Below are positions 1-8,311 of a DNA stretch of 43,897 bases, piece by piece. The notes under the pieces were generated by a model, which ran no database searches, had not been told where the DNA came from, and saw only the letters and a program-made list of their open reading frames with translations. The DNA lies in assembly GCA_040905565.1 (NCBI GenBank), contig JBBDRF010000030.1, positions 1 through 43,897 of the forward strand, in the 5' to 3' direction. Positions within the stretch are counted from its first letter, which is position 1; each line of letters opens with the position of its first letter. The DNA is from Phycisphaeraceae bacterium (GTDB lineage: Bacteria > Planctomycetota > Phycisphaerae > Phycisphaerales > Zrk34). The position numbers and the translations under genes are program-made.

Positions 1-3
1 GGG

Positions 4-117
4 GATAGCCCCGGTCAGCGAGCGAAGCGAGACGGCCCGGGCTTCTTCCGGCTGCATGCGAAGATCGAAGCCCGTGTCGCGAATCCCGCCCGGCCGCCTT
101 CGCTGGCCGGGGCACCC
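4..117. repeat. REP family A inverted doublet (long unit forward, short unit reverse)
   Basis: gccccggtcagcgagcgaagcgagacggcccggg ... cccggccgccttcgctggccggggcaccc; same unit recurs at 14777, 23834, 27193, 38687, 41551. Confidence 0.85.
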
Positions 118-123
118 GCGCAT

Positions 124-1344
124 TCATTCAGCGGGGCTTTCGAACGCTTGGCGAATCAGGTCGGCCAGTGCGGCGGGATCGTCGGGCAGGGCGTGGAAGC
201 GTTGACCGGCGGCGAGCAGGCCCGGCAGGGTCATTACTTCAAGATGGTCGGCGATGCGAATGTCGCGAGCGCGCAGCTCGGTGACGCCTTCGTCACGCAG
301 CGTTGCCGCCAGAGCTTCCGCTCCGACACGCCGCTCGGCCTCGGCGCGGGCCAGGTCGGCATCGATCGCATCCTGCTCCGTGAAGAGCCAATCGTGGTAA
401 TCCTTGAACGCCGACGCGTCGGTCGCCCAGACGGCATGAGCCAACTCGGCCAACGCGCAGCTCGCAGCATGGCGGGCATCGGTCTGCGCGAACGTGGGAT
501 TGCACTCGTGGCTGAGTGGATAGGTGACGACGAGGGCGGCGTAGTTCGGGCGGAGCTGCGCGAGGGCTTCGTCCAGCATCCCGGCGAGCCGACGGCAGCG
601 CGGGCAGGTGTAATCGATCACCTCCACGAACACATGCTCAGCCTGCGGCGAACCGATCAGCAGATGAGCGCGACGGTTGAGCACGACCTGTCCCGCAGCA
701 AGCGTCACGGCATCGGCCTCGGGGCTTTGTTCGATGTAGCGACCGGCGTCGTCGACCTCGCCAACCATGATCTGCGTCGTGTAACTGGGGCTGACCAGCA
801 GCTGCCCGGCGATGAGAACCGCAGCGGCGCCGACGCTCAGTACCGCGGGGATGGGAAGACGGCGAGCTTCAACGCGCAGCGTGTGCGACCAGATCAGCCC
901 GGCCAGCGTGAGGGAGATCAGATGCTCAGCCATGCACCAGACGCAGAGGCTACCGAGAACGGCGACCTGAATGGTGATGAACCAGACGGCGACCAGAGCG
1001 GCTGCGGCCGAGCCTGCCTGCAGGATCAGCCAGCGTCGCGGCTGCGGCTTTTTGTGGGGCGTGAACGTAAGCGCGGCCCATGTCAGCAGGCCGTAGAGGA
1101 GGGCTGCGGGGAGGACGATCGGGACGCTGAGCCACTGCGACCAGCGGGGGTGGCTGAGGACGGTGTCGCAATCGAACCAGCTCGACCAGCCGCATAGTGG
1201 GACGGTCGCCGACCGCATCGCCAGCCATGCTGAGACGTGGGCCGATAGCAGGAACACTGCGACGCCTAGTCCGGCGATGACCAGGCCGCGAATCAGTCGG
1301 AACTGCGTGACGCCCGGCATTCTCAGATCGTCATCTTGCATCAT
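124..1344 (-). CDS. Vitamin K epoxide reductase (VKOR) family membrane protein fused to a DsbA/thioredoxin-like domain
   Basis: N-terminal TM helices with VKOR loop cysteines (LCGWSSWFDCDTVLS) and CVWC; C-terminal DYTCPRC thioredoxin motif and YPLSHECN. Confidence 0.85.
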   Translation of the reverse strand: MMQDDDLRMPGVTQFRLIRGLVIAGLGVAVFLLSAHVSAWLAMRSATVPLCGWSSWFDCDTVLSHPRWSQWLSVPIVLPAALLYGLLTWAALTFTPHKKPQPRRWLILQAGSAAAALVAVWFITIQVAVLGSLCVWCMAEHLISLTLAGLIWSHTLRVEARRLPIPAVLSVGAAAVLIAGQLLVSPSYTTQIMVGEVDDAGRYIEQSPEADAVTLAAGQVVLNRRAHLLIGSPQAEHVFVEVIDYTCPRCRRLAGMLDEALAQLRPNYAALVVTYPLSHECNPTFAQTDARHAASCALAELAHAVWATDASAFKDYHDWLFTEQDAIDADLARAEAERRVGAEALAATLRDEGVTELRARDIRIADHLEVMTLPGLLAAGQRFHALPDDPAALADLIRQAFESPAE

Positions 1345-1351
1345 GCCGATC

Positions 1352-1852
1352 TTAAAGAAGCTTTGCGAGAGGTTCGGTGATCGCGTTGAACGGTTGCGCA
1401 GGCACGTAGACCGTTTCCCACTTCGGGCTGCGTACCTTCATCTGCTGTTGATAGGCCTGCACGTCGGCGGCCACCACGGCATACCAGCGATCGCGGTAGC
1501 TGAAGATCTCGTGAAACAACGCATCAGGCGGCTGCACCGCACACCAGTAAAGGAATACCAGCGTGGCGCGGAAACCGCTGCCGAACACTTCCTCCCAGCG
1601 GAGCATGTCCACGATATCGGCGTGCGTGACCCAGCTATCGAGTTGCCGATTGGACCGCCCCGAGTGCTTGCGGCCCTTCACGTCGACGAGGAGGTTGCCT
1701 CGCTTAGAACCGTAGACGACGAAGTCGAAACTCTTAAGTCGACGCGGCCCGGCGAGCGCCTTCTTGGCTTCATCGACGGCGACGTAAGGCACCTGATTCG
1801 CCCGAAGGTAATGTTCAAAGGCGGCATCATAATGCACACGTCGCTGAGCCAT
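1352..1852 (-). CDS. HYExAFE family protein (putative PD-(D/E)XK nuclease fold)
   Basis: N-terminal HYDAAFEHYLR...PYVAVDEAK; FDFVVY...LLVDVKGR resembles the D...(D/E)xK core. Confidence 0.8.
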   Translation of the reverse strand: MAQRRVHYDAAFEHYLRANQVPYVAVDEAKKALAGPRRLKSFDFVVYGSKRGNLLVDVKGRKHSGRSNRQLDSWVTHADIVDMLRWEEVFGSGFRATLVFLYWCAVQPPDALFHEIFSYRDRWYAVVAADVQAYQQQMKVRSPKWETVYVPAQPFNAITEPLAKLL

Positions 1853-1911
1853 AAATCAAAGTGTGCGGTGCGGAAGGCGATGAGGCAAGTCGGGCCGGCA
1901 GAGTGACAAGA

Positions 1912-2727
1912 TCAATTCCCGTTCAGGCCATGTGCTTGTGACATGAGCACCCGCTTCCAATGTGCCTCTCGATGAAGCACGTCCTCTGGTGATGCGTGGG
2001 TATCAGCGATCTCGAGTACCGAGTACTGAAAATGATTCGCGCGCGATGGACCGGCTTCGTTCAGCAGTGCGCGCAATTCGACATTATCACCGTGGCCGTT
2101 GCCTGCGTAAGCTTGCCATCGCTGCCAGATTCCGCCCTCACCGGTGGCACTACCGACGTAGAGTTTTCCTGACAGCGTGTCAGAGATGAGATATACCCCG
2201 GCCACACTGGACAGTGCTGTCCGCCACGATTTCAGGGACTGCCGCACGATTAGTTCAAGCTCCCCCTTCGTAAGGTGCAGAGCCTTAAAGCCGGGGAACT
2301 CGCCGATGGTCAGCCTTTCTTCGTAAACCGCTTCGAGCGTCAGCCCATCCACCCATTTCTCAGCATTCAAATAGGGCTGACGTCCCGGACGAACAAATCG
2401 CGCGACAAGGCGACCATTCAACTCGGCGCAGCTCTTGTCCTCCTCGAGGTTGTAGTAATACAGATCCTTATCCGGCCGCCAACAACATCCCTTGGAACGA
2501 TACAAGCCGGGAAACAACCAGCGATTGGTACCGGGGAGGCTGATGAGCGAAACAACCCACGGCCGGGCGAAGTTCTTGTATGTCTGCCATTGCTGCCACT
2601 CGTCGAAGCCTCCCGCGAGGTAGACATCAAGTGGTTCGTCTTCACCGTTCCACGTAGCCAGGTGGATCTTGCATTCCTCTGGCTTCAGGTCGGGCTTTAC
2701 CAACGAAAGTATCTCAAAAACGCGCAT
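1912..2727 (-). CDS. GIY-YIG nuclease family protein
   Basis: C-terminal GVYLISD...LYVGSA...GGIWQRWQAY...REAHWK; start taken at MRVFEIL (2727) because the upstream extension overlaps the LD-transpeptidase gene. Confidence 0.85.
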   Translation of the reverse strand: MRVFEILSLVKPDLKPEECKIHLATWNGEDEPLDVYLAGGFDEWQQWQTYKNFARPWVVSLISLPGTNRWLFPGLYRSKGCCWRPDKDLYYYNLEEDKSCAELNGRLVARFVRPGRQPYLNAEKWVDGLTLEAVYEERLTIGEFPGFKALHLTKGELELIVRQSLKSWRTALSSVAGVYLISDTLSGKLYVGSATGEGGIWQRWQAYAGNGHGDNVELRALLNEAGPSRANHFQYSVLEIADTHASPEDVLHREAHWKRVLMSQAHGLNGN

Positions 2728-2757
2728 GGTCGGATCCCCGGGCATCGGCTCTGACCG

Positions 2758-2774
2758 GCGGGCTGTAAGCCCGC
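2758..2774. repeat. GC hairpin (possible REP or terminator) between the LD-transpeptidase and GIY-YIG genes
   Basis: gcgggct-gta-agcccgc perfect 7-bp stem; single copy in the window. Confidence 0.4.
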
Positions 2775-2804
2775 GGCTGTTGGGATGCGTCGTGTTGGGG
2801 TGAT

Positions 2805-4085
2805 TTACTCGACGACGAGCACGCGGGACTGGTCTTCGGTGAGCATGGCGTAGAGTTGGCCGACGTCTTTGGGGAGCAGGCGGATGCAACCCATGGAGGC
2901 GTCGGTGCCGATGGAGTCGGGTTCGATGGTGCCGTGGATGCCGTAGCCGGTGTGGACTTCGGTGTCGGGCGTGGTGCCTTTGATGCCGATCCAGTAGCCG
3001 CCGAGGGGGTTTTCCGGATCGTTCGGCAGGTACTTCTGGCCGGTGCGGGGGTTGGTCCACTCGGGTTTTTCAAGTTTGGGGCTGCGGACGATGAACTCGC
3101 CGACGGGCGTCATGTCATGCTCGCCGAGTCCGACGTCGAAGCTTCGGATGTACATGTCGCCGAGGTAGACGTCCAGCCGATACTTGCGTTTGTGAACCAC
3201 GAGATGGAACGGTCCCTGGATCATTTTCAGGCGCTGACCGACACGGATACGGCGGGGGTCGAGGTTGCCGTTGACGCGGGCGGCGAGCTGCCAGGGGATG
3301 TCGTAACGGTCGGCGATGCGTGAGAGCAGGTCGCCTGATTGCACTTCGTAGGCTTCGACGTAGGGATCGTCAGGATCGACACGTGGCGAGAAGATGAGCG
3401 TGTCGTTGATCTGAGCCATCAGGTCGCGGACATCCTGGGCGTCGCGCTCGTTCAGGCCGCCACTGCTGAGGGCGGTGTTGAGAACAGCCCGCGCTTCGAC
3501 CGGTTCGTCATCCTCATAGAGCGCCTGCCCTTCCTCCATGAGTTCCTTGGCTTCGGCGCGGCTTTGGGTGGTGGCGGATTGGCGGGTGGTGCTTCGCCGC
3601 GCGTCGCTTTGCTCGACCTCGCCCGGGGTGGAAGCGGCAGGCTCGGGCTCGGGGTCACGCTCGGTGCTTGTCGTGGTGGGCGTGGTGGTGCTGCTGGTGG
3701 TATCGTCGGGTGACGGGGCGTCATCGGACACGGTCGGGCGTGAGAGATCACGCGGGGGGGTGGGCGTGAAGGGAGCGGGAGCGGTGGCGCGGGAGGATGA
3801 GCCGCCCGAGGTTCCAGCGGCGAAGGTGTCGCCTCCGCCTGGTGTGCCGGTCTCGCCTGCGTCTTGTGCCTCGTCGTCAGCGGCGCCGGCGATACCTTCG
3901 GGCGGTTCGGTGGGTGGGTCTTCTTCGGGGGAGCCTGAGAAGATGAACGACCAGCCCACCCATGCGAGCACAGCCACGGCGACAAGGATCAGCACCCGCT
4001 TGGGTCGGCTGCGTCCGCGTCGCCGCCGTCCGCCTGAGTACGAACTGCCGCCGCCACGTGCTGTCATCTGGCTGCTCAACGCCAT
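2805..4085 (-). CDS. L,D-transpeptidase (YkuD family) with LysM domain, N-terminal TM anchor and low-complexity linker
   Basis: LysM YEVQSGDLLSRIA...RIRVGQRL; YkuD GIHGT...ASMGCIRL with catalytic His/Cys. Confidence 0.9.
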   Translation of the reverse strand: MALSSQMTARGGGSSYSGGRRRRGRSRPKRVLILVAVAVLAWVGWSFIFSGSPEEDPPTEPPEGIAGAADDEAQDAGETGTPGGGDTFAAGTSGGSSSRATAPAPFTPTPPRDLSRPTVSDDAPSPDDTTSSTTTPTTTSTERDPEPEPAASTPGEVEQSDARRSTTRQSATTQSRAEAKELMEEGQALYEDDEPVEARAVLNTALSSGGLNERDAQDVRDLMAQINDTLIFSPRVDPDDPYVEAYEVQSGDLLSRIADRYDIPWQLAARVNGNLDPRRIRVGQRLKMIQGPFHLVVHKRKYRLDVYLGDMYIRSFDVGLGEHDMTPVGEFIVRSPKLEKPEWTNPRTGQKYLPNDPENPLGGYWIGIKGTTPDTEVHTGYGIHGTIEPDSIGTDASMGCIRLLPKDVGQLYAMLTEDQSRVLVVE

Positions 4086-4180
4086 AAGAGTGCAAGCTCC
4101 TGAGGATGCCTGTGTTGTGCGTGACTCAGCGTGAAACCGAGGCCGCTGGGTTCCCCTTCCACCTGGGGCTTTTCACGTCA

Positions 4181-4200
4181 GAGTCTACCAGTATAGACTC
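4181..4200 (-). promoter_or_regulatory. Putative -10 box (TATACT, minus strand) embedded in an inverted repeat upstream of the LD-transpeptidase
   Basis: gagtcta-ccagta-tagactc; agtata at 4190-4195 is TATACT on the minus strand. Confidence 0.45.
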
Positions 4201-4245
4201 GCCGGCCACAGGGGGAAATTCCCGGGCGGTTTAAACTGGGTGGTT

Positions 4246-4887
4246 TTATTCATCCGGCTGCGTCGTGGGCGGGCGCTCGAAGCGCAGGGTCTGGCGATCG
4301 GTCACGAGCATGTTCAGCGGGACGTCGTGGGCGTGGATGGGGACGTGGTCGACGAGTTGTTCGTCGAGCGCGTAGCCACACGTCATGCCCTGGAAGCTGG
4401 ATTGCGCGAGGAAGCGATCGTAAAACCCGCCGCCTCGGCCGATGCGGTGGCCGAGCCGATCGAAGCCGAGGCCCGGCACGACGACGAGATCGACCATGTC
4501 GATCGGCAGCGGCTCGTGCGTGGCGGGGACGCGGACGCCGTACTGGTCGGCACGCATCGGCTCATCGAGCGAACGGATCACCACGGGCAGCATGTGCTTC
4601 TGCTGATAGCTGACCAGCGGGACGGTGACGGTTTTCTGCTGTTGCCAGGCGCGCAGGGCCAGCGGCCGGGCGTCGATCTCGCACCGCAGGGGCAGGAAGA
4701 TCATGATGGCGGAGGCGCGCGCGAACTCTTCGGACTCGGCGAGGCGAATCGCTGCGAGCGTGGAACGGTGGGCGAGATCGTCGACGGCGACGGCCATCAA
4801 CTGCTGCCTGAGACGCGCGCGAAGGGACTTTTTCTGTTGGGACGGCTCACTCACGCCGCTTTCCTGACCGTTGGCGTTGACCTGCAT
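4246..4887 (-). CDS. ygfA: 5-formyltetrahydrofolate cyclo-ligase
   Basis: KKSLRARL; DLVVVPGLGFDRLGHRIGRGGGFYDRFL; HDVPL; start MQVN approximate. Confidence 0.92.
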   Translation of the reverse strand: MQVNANGQESGVSEPSQQKKSLRARLRQQLMAVAVDDLAHRSTLAAIRLAESEEFARASAIMIFLPLRCEIDARPLALRAWQQQKTVTVPLVSYQQKHMLPVVIRSLDEPMRADQYGVRVPATHEPLPIDMVDLVVVPGLGFDRLGHRIGRGGGFYDRFLAQSSFQGMTCGYALDEQLVDHVPIHAHDVPLNMLVTDRQTLRFERPPTTQPDE

Positions 4888-4921
4888 ATCACTTTGTTTC
4901 GACCGGTGAGGGCGGACGTCA

Positions 4922-6274
4922 TCAATCTTCGTTGGAGGGCGCGGTTTGGGGCGGGGCCTGGCGGATCCAGTCAAGGTAATTCTGGATGTGGCGTTCGTAG
5001 CCTCGGTCGGTGGGTTGGTAGTAGGTGACGTCGACGCCGAGGTATTCCTGATCGACGTAGCCGTGCCGGGAGTTGTGGGCGGACTGGTAGCCGGCATGGC
5101 CGAGCTTCTTGGAGCCGGCGTAATGGGCGTCCCTCAGATGCTTGGGAACGGGGACGGTGCGTTGATGCTTGGCGTCGCTCATGGCGGTCCAGATGGCGGT
5201 GGCGGAGGCGTTGGACTTGGGAGCGGCGGCCATGTAGATCGCTGCCTGGGCGAGGGTGAGCTGGCACTCGGGCATGCCGATGCGGTGGGTGATGTCGTAA
5301 GCAGCCGAGGCGATCATGAGGGCACGCGGGTCGGCGTTGCCGATGTCTTCACTGGCGAGGATGGCGATACGGCGGGCGATGAAAAGCGGATCTTCACCCG
5401 CGGTCAGCATCCGCGCCAGCCAGTAGACGGCGGCGTCGGGGTCCGAGCCTCGCATCGACTTGATGAACGCGGAGATGGTGTCGTAGTGGGCGTCGCCGGT
5501 GGCGTCGTAATCGAGGGCTTTCCGCTGCATGGATTGCTCTGCAACGTCGCGGTCGATCACGATCGGCTCGCCTTCTTTGTCGTCGTTGTCCTCGCTGCTG
5601 GAGAGGACGGCGATTTCGAGTGCGGTGAGGGCGCGCCGGGCGTCGCCATCGGACCAGGTGGCCCAAAGCTCGAGCGCTTCGTCGGTGACCTGCAGGTTCA
5701 GCTTGCCGTAGCCTCGGTCGACGTCGGTGATGGCGCGACGGAGAATCGCCTGCACAGCCGTTTCATCAAGCGGCTCGAACTGGAAGATCTGCGACCGGCT
5801 GATGAGCGGACCGTTCACGGCAAAGAACGGGTTTTCGGTGGTCGCGCCGATCAGCGTAAGCGTGCCGCGTTCGACATCGCCGAGCAGCACGTCCTGTTGT
5901 GAACGGTTGAAGCGGTGGATCTCGTCGAGGAAAAGGATGGTGCGGCGGCCGTGCTCAGTAAGCCGACGGACGGCGTCGTCGATCACGAAGCGAACCTCTT
6001 TGACCCCGATCGTCGCGGCGTTGGCGCGCTCGAAGTGCCGCTGGGTGTGACCGGCGATCAGCTCGGCGAGTGTCGTTTTGCCGGTGCCCGGGGGGCCGTA
6101 GAAGAGGACGCTGGTGAGGCGGTCGGCTTCGAGCATGCGGCGGAGCAGTTTGCCCTCGGCGAGGAAGTGCTGCTGACCGGCGAATTCGCTGAGCGAGCGC
6201 GGCCGCATCCGCACGGCGAGCGGCTCCACCGTCGCCAACTTCTGCTCGCGTTTCTCTGCCCAAAGATCGTTCAT
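4922..6274 (-). CDS. rarA: Replication-associated recombination protein A (AAA+ ATPase)
   Basis: PLAVRMRP, GPPGTGKTT, LFLDEIHRFNRSQQD, GATTENP, ISAFIKSMRGSDPDAA, SEDIGNADP. Confidence 0.96.
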   Translation of the reverse strand: MNDLWAEKREQKLATVEPLAVRMRPRSLSEFAGQQHFLAEGKLLRRMLEADRLTSVLFYGPPGTGKTTLAELIAGHTQRHFERANAATIGVKEVRFVIDDAVRRLTEHGRRTILFLDEIHRFNRSQQDVLLGDVERGTLTLIGATTENPFFAVNGPLISRSQIFQFEPLDETAVQAILRRAITDVDRGYGKLNLQVTDEALELWATWSDGDARRALTALEIAVLSSSEDNDDKEGEPIVIDRDVAEQSMQRKALDYDATGDAHYDTISAFIKSMRGSDPDAAVYWLARMLTAGEDPLFIARRIAILASEDIGNADPRALMIASAAYDITHRIGMPECQLTLAQAAIYMAAAPKSNASATAIWTAMSDAKHQRTVPVPKHLRDAHYAGSKKLGHAGYQSAHNSRHGYVDQEYLGVDVTYYQPTDRGYERHIQNYLDWIRQAPPQTAPSNED

Positions 6275-6357
6275 GGGGAGCATTGTAGTCCGGTGTCCGG
6301 GGTGCGTCGGAATTGAGCCGAACGACGTGGATAGCAAGAAGAAGAAGAAGAAGAATC

Positions 6358-6486
6358 ACCACAGAGGCACGGAGGAAGAGGAGGAAGAGAAAGGCAGAGA
6401 GAAGTACTGATTCGGGATGCAGCATTCTAATTTCTTACTTCGAACTTCTTTTCTGCATACCTCCTCCCCCTCTGTGGCTCTGTGGT
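6358..6486. repeat. Family D long-inverted-repeat (MITE-like) element, copy 1; preceded by an (AAG)n tract
   Basis: accacagaggcacggaggaagaggagg ... cctcctccccctctgtggctctgtggt; second copy at 21568-21685. Confidence 0.8.
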
Positions 6487-6561
6487 TGAACCTCTGTTGC
6501 CCTGAACGCCAGGCACGTTTGGGCGATCGTACCACCCAGTGCGGCCTGGACGTCGAGCCGA

Positions 6562-6586
6562 CCGCTTCCTCACGGTCGCGGCTCGT
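6562..6586 (-). repeat. REP family C single unit
   Basis: ccgcttcctcacggtcgcggctcgt is the reverse complement of acgagccgcgaccgtgaggaagcgg; cf. 12541, 12654, 14733. Confidence 0.8.
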
Positions 6587-6589
6587 GTT

Positions 6590-7024
6590 TCAACGTTCGG
6601 CTTCAAGTGCGTCGAGGAAGCGGCGTTCGTGGTCCGCATCGCCGAAGTGGCCGACCTGGGCGTGGACGATCAGCAGATGCGGGTTCTCGGGATCGGGCTC
6701 AGCGGTGATGCGCGCCGTGCGGCCGTCGGGCAGGAGCGCGGAGGCGACGAGACGGTCGGATGCCTCGCGGAAGCTGACGCGCGCCCAGCCGAGTTCGTCG
6801 AATGTGGACTTGAGGATGTCGGGAAGGTCAGGCGGGTCGACCTCGAAGGACATTTTTGTGCCGGGCGAAGTTTCCGGCCCGATCGCAGCCGACGGCGCAG
6901 AATTACCCGAACATCCCGCTAAAATAATGGCCAGCACCGCTGCGAGACCGAGGCTGCAGGCCCTTCGGAAGGGATGGCGTGAACGTTGTAAACATCGATG
7001 AAAATGGTGCGGCGGCAAGCTCAT
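6590..7024 (-). CDS. Hypothetical lipoprotein
   Basis: Basic N-region, hydrophobic stretch and lipobox LAGC; fills the gap between rarA and phoH; start uncertain. Confidence 0.6.
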   Translation of the reverse strand: MSLPPHHFHRCLQRSRHPFRRACSLGLAAVLAIILAGCSGNSAPSAAIGPETSPGTKMSFEVDPPDLPDILKSTFDELGWARVSFREASDRLVASALLPDGRTARITAEPDPENPHLLIVHAQVGHFGDADHERRFLDALEAER

Positions 7025-7028
7025 GGCG

Positions 7029-7036
7029 ACTATAAT
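7029..7036. promoter_or_regulatory. Overlapping divergent -10 boxes (TATAAT on +, TATAGT on -)
   Basis: actataat in the short divergent gap between the lipoprotein gene and phoH. Confidence 0.45.
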
Positions 7037-7107
7037 GACGGCGAAGAGGCGGTGGCCGCAAGGCGCGGCTGCCGAAATCGGATGCGTCCGAGAAAAAGGA
7101 CAACGCG

Positions 7108-8199
7108 TTGGAATTGACCATTACGATCCCCCAAGGCACCGACCGCGTGGCGATGTTGGGGACGGCTGAGAGAAACCTGAAACTGCTGCGCGAGGCGCTA
7201 GGCGTCTCGATCAGCGCGCGCGACGAGATAGTCCGCCTCAGCGGCGACGGCACTGCGGTGAATCGGGCTGCGCAGATGCTGGCGCAGATGACCGAGGCGG
7301 CAAGGCGGAAACGGCCCCTCACGCGCGACGATCTGATCGAGCGTATCAATCGGCTTTCGCAGGACGAACAAGAGCGGAACATGCTGGCGCCCCCTCGCCC
7401 TCGACAGCCCGAAGCCAACGGCCAGCGGCGCAGTGCGGCGGCCGGGGCGGGGCGAGACTTCGGGCATGCAGCAGGCGAAGGGGATGAGACCGACGCGCCG
7501 CGTGGCCGAGGGCTGGATGTTTACGTGCGCGGCAAGCCGGTTGTCGGCCGGACGCAGGGGCAGAAGCATTACCTTGAAGCGATCTCCAAACACGACCTCA
7601 CCGTCTGCACCGGCCCCGCGGGAACGGGCAAGACTTACCTGGCCGTCGCGGCAGCAGTGGCGATGCTCAAGCGAGGCGATGTGCGGAAGCTGGTGCTGGC
7701 CAGGCCTGCGGTTGAAGCGGGCGAGAAACTTGGCTTCCTGCCGGGCGACATGCAGCAGAAGGTGAACCCGTACCTCAGGCCGTTGCTGGACGCGCTGCAC
7801 GACATGATGCCGTTCGAGCAGGTTCAGCGGTTCATGCAAAGCGACCTGATCGAGATTGTCCCGCTGGCGTTCATGCGTGGGCGAACGCTCAATGAAGCGG
7901 CCATCATCCTCGACGAGGCACAGAACACGACGCGCGGCCAGATGCTGATGTTCCTGACCCGCATGGGCGAAGGATCGAAGACGATCGTGACCGGCGACAC
8001 CAGCCAGGTGGACCTTGAAGAGGGCACGGAGTCGGGGCTGATCGACGCGGCACGACGCTTGCGGACGGTTCCCGGTGTTGCGTTCGTCACGCTCGCTCGT
8101 CAGGATATTGTGCGTCACGCCTTGGTGCAGCGTATCGTGGACGCTTATGGCAAGGAACCGGAGACAGCACCGCCGCCTCCACAAAGGGGTCCTGCTTGA
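7108..8199 (+). CDS. phoH: PhoH-family ATPase with N-terminal KH-like domain
   Basis: GPAGTGKTYLAVA, RPAVEAGEKLGFLPGD, PLAFMRGRTL, LDEAQN, GDTSQVDL; TTG start. Confidence 0.95.
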   Translation: MELTITIPQGTDRVAMLGTAERNLKLLREALGVSISARDEIVRLSGDGTAVNRAAQMLAQMTEAARRKRPLTRDDLIERINRLSQDEQERNMLAPPRPRQPEANGQRRSAAAGAGRDFGHAAGEGDETDAPRGRGLDVYVRGKPVVGRTQGQKHYLEAISKHDLTVCTGPAGTGKTYLAVAAAVAMLKRGDVRKLVLARPAVEAGEKLGFLPGDMQQKVNPYLRPLLDALHDMMPFEQVQRFMQSDLIEIVPLAFMRGRTLNEAAIILDEAQNTTRGQMLMFLTRMGEGSKTIVTGDTSQVDLEEGTESGLIDAARRLRTVPGVAFVTLARQDIVRHALVQRIVDAYGKEPETAPPPPQRGPA

Positions 8200-8311
8200 A
8201 GTGGCGCGGGGAATGTTTTTAACAGACAGTGCCGATTTCCTGATCTAAACTATCGCCCAAGGCTTGGGAGCAGTATCCCGCGGCCGCTATGCCGGGACAG
8301 GCGAGTGATTC

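Noticed and set aside
2728..3060. N-terminal extension of the GIY-YIG ORF
   Set aside because: Overlaps the LD-transpeptidase in another frame; Arg/His-rich junk translation
4888..4921. 6S RNA (ssrS) expected upstream of ygfA
   Set aside because: Only about 34 bp separate rarA and ygfA; no room, and no long 6S-like hairpin seen
6336..6355. (AAG)n microsatellite as a contingency locus
   Set aside because: Intergenic, short, and abutting the purine-rich arm of the family D element; likely part of its flank
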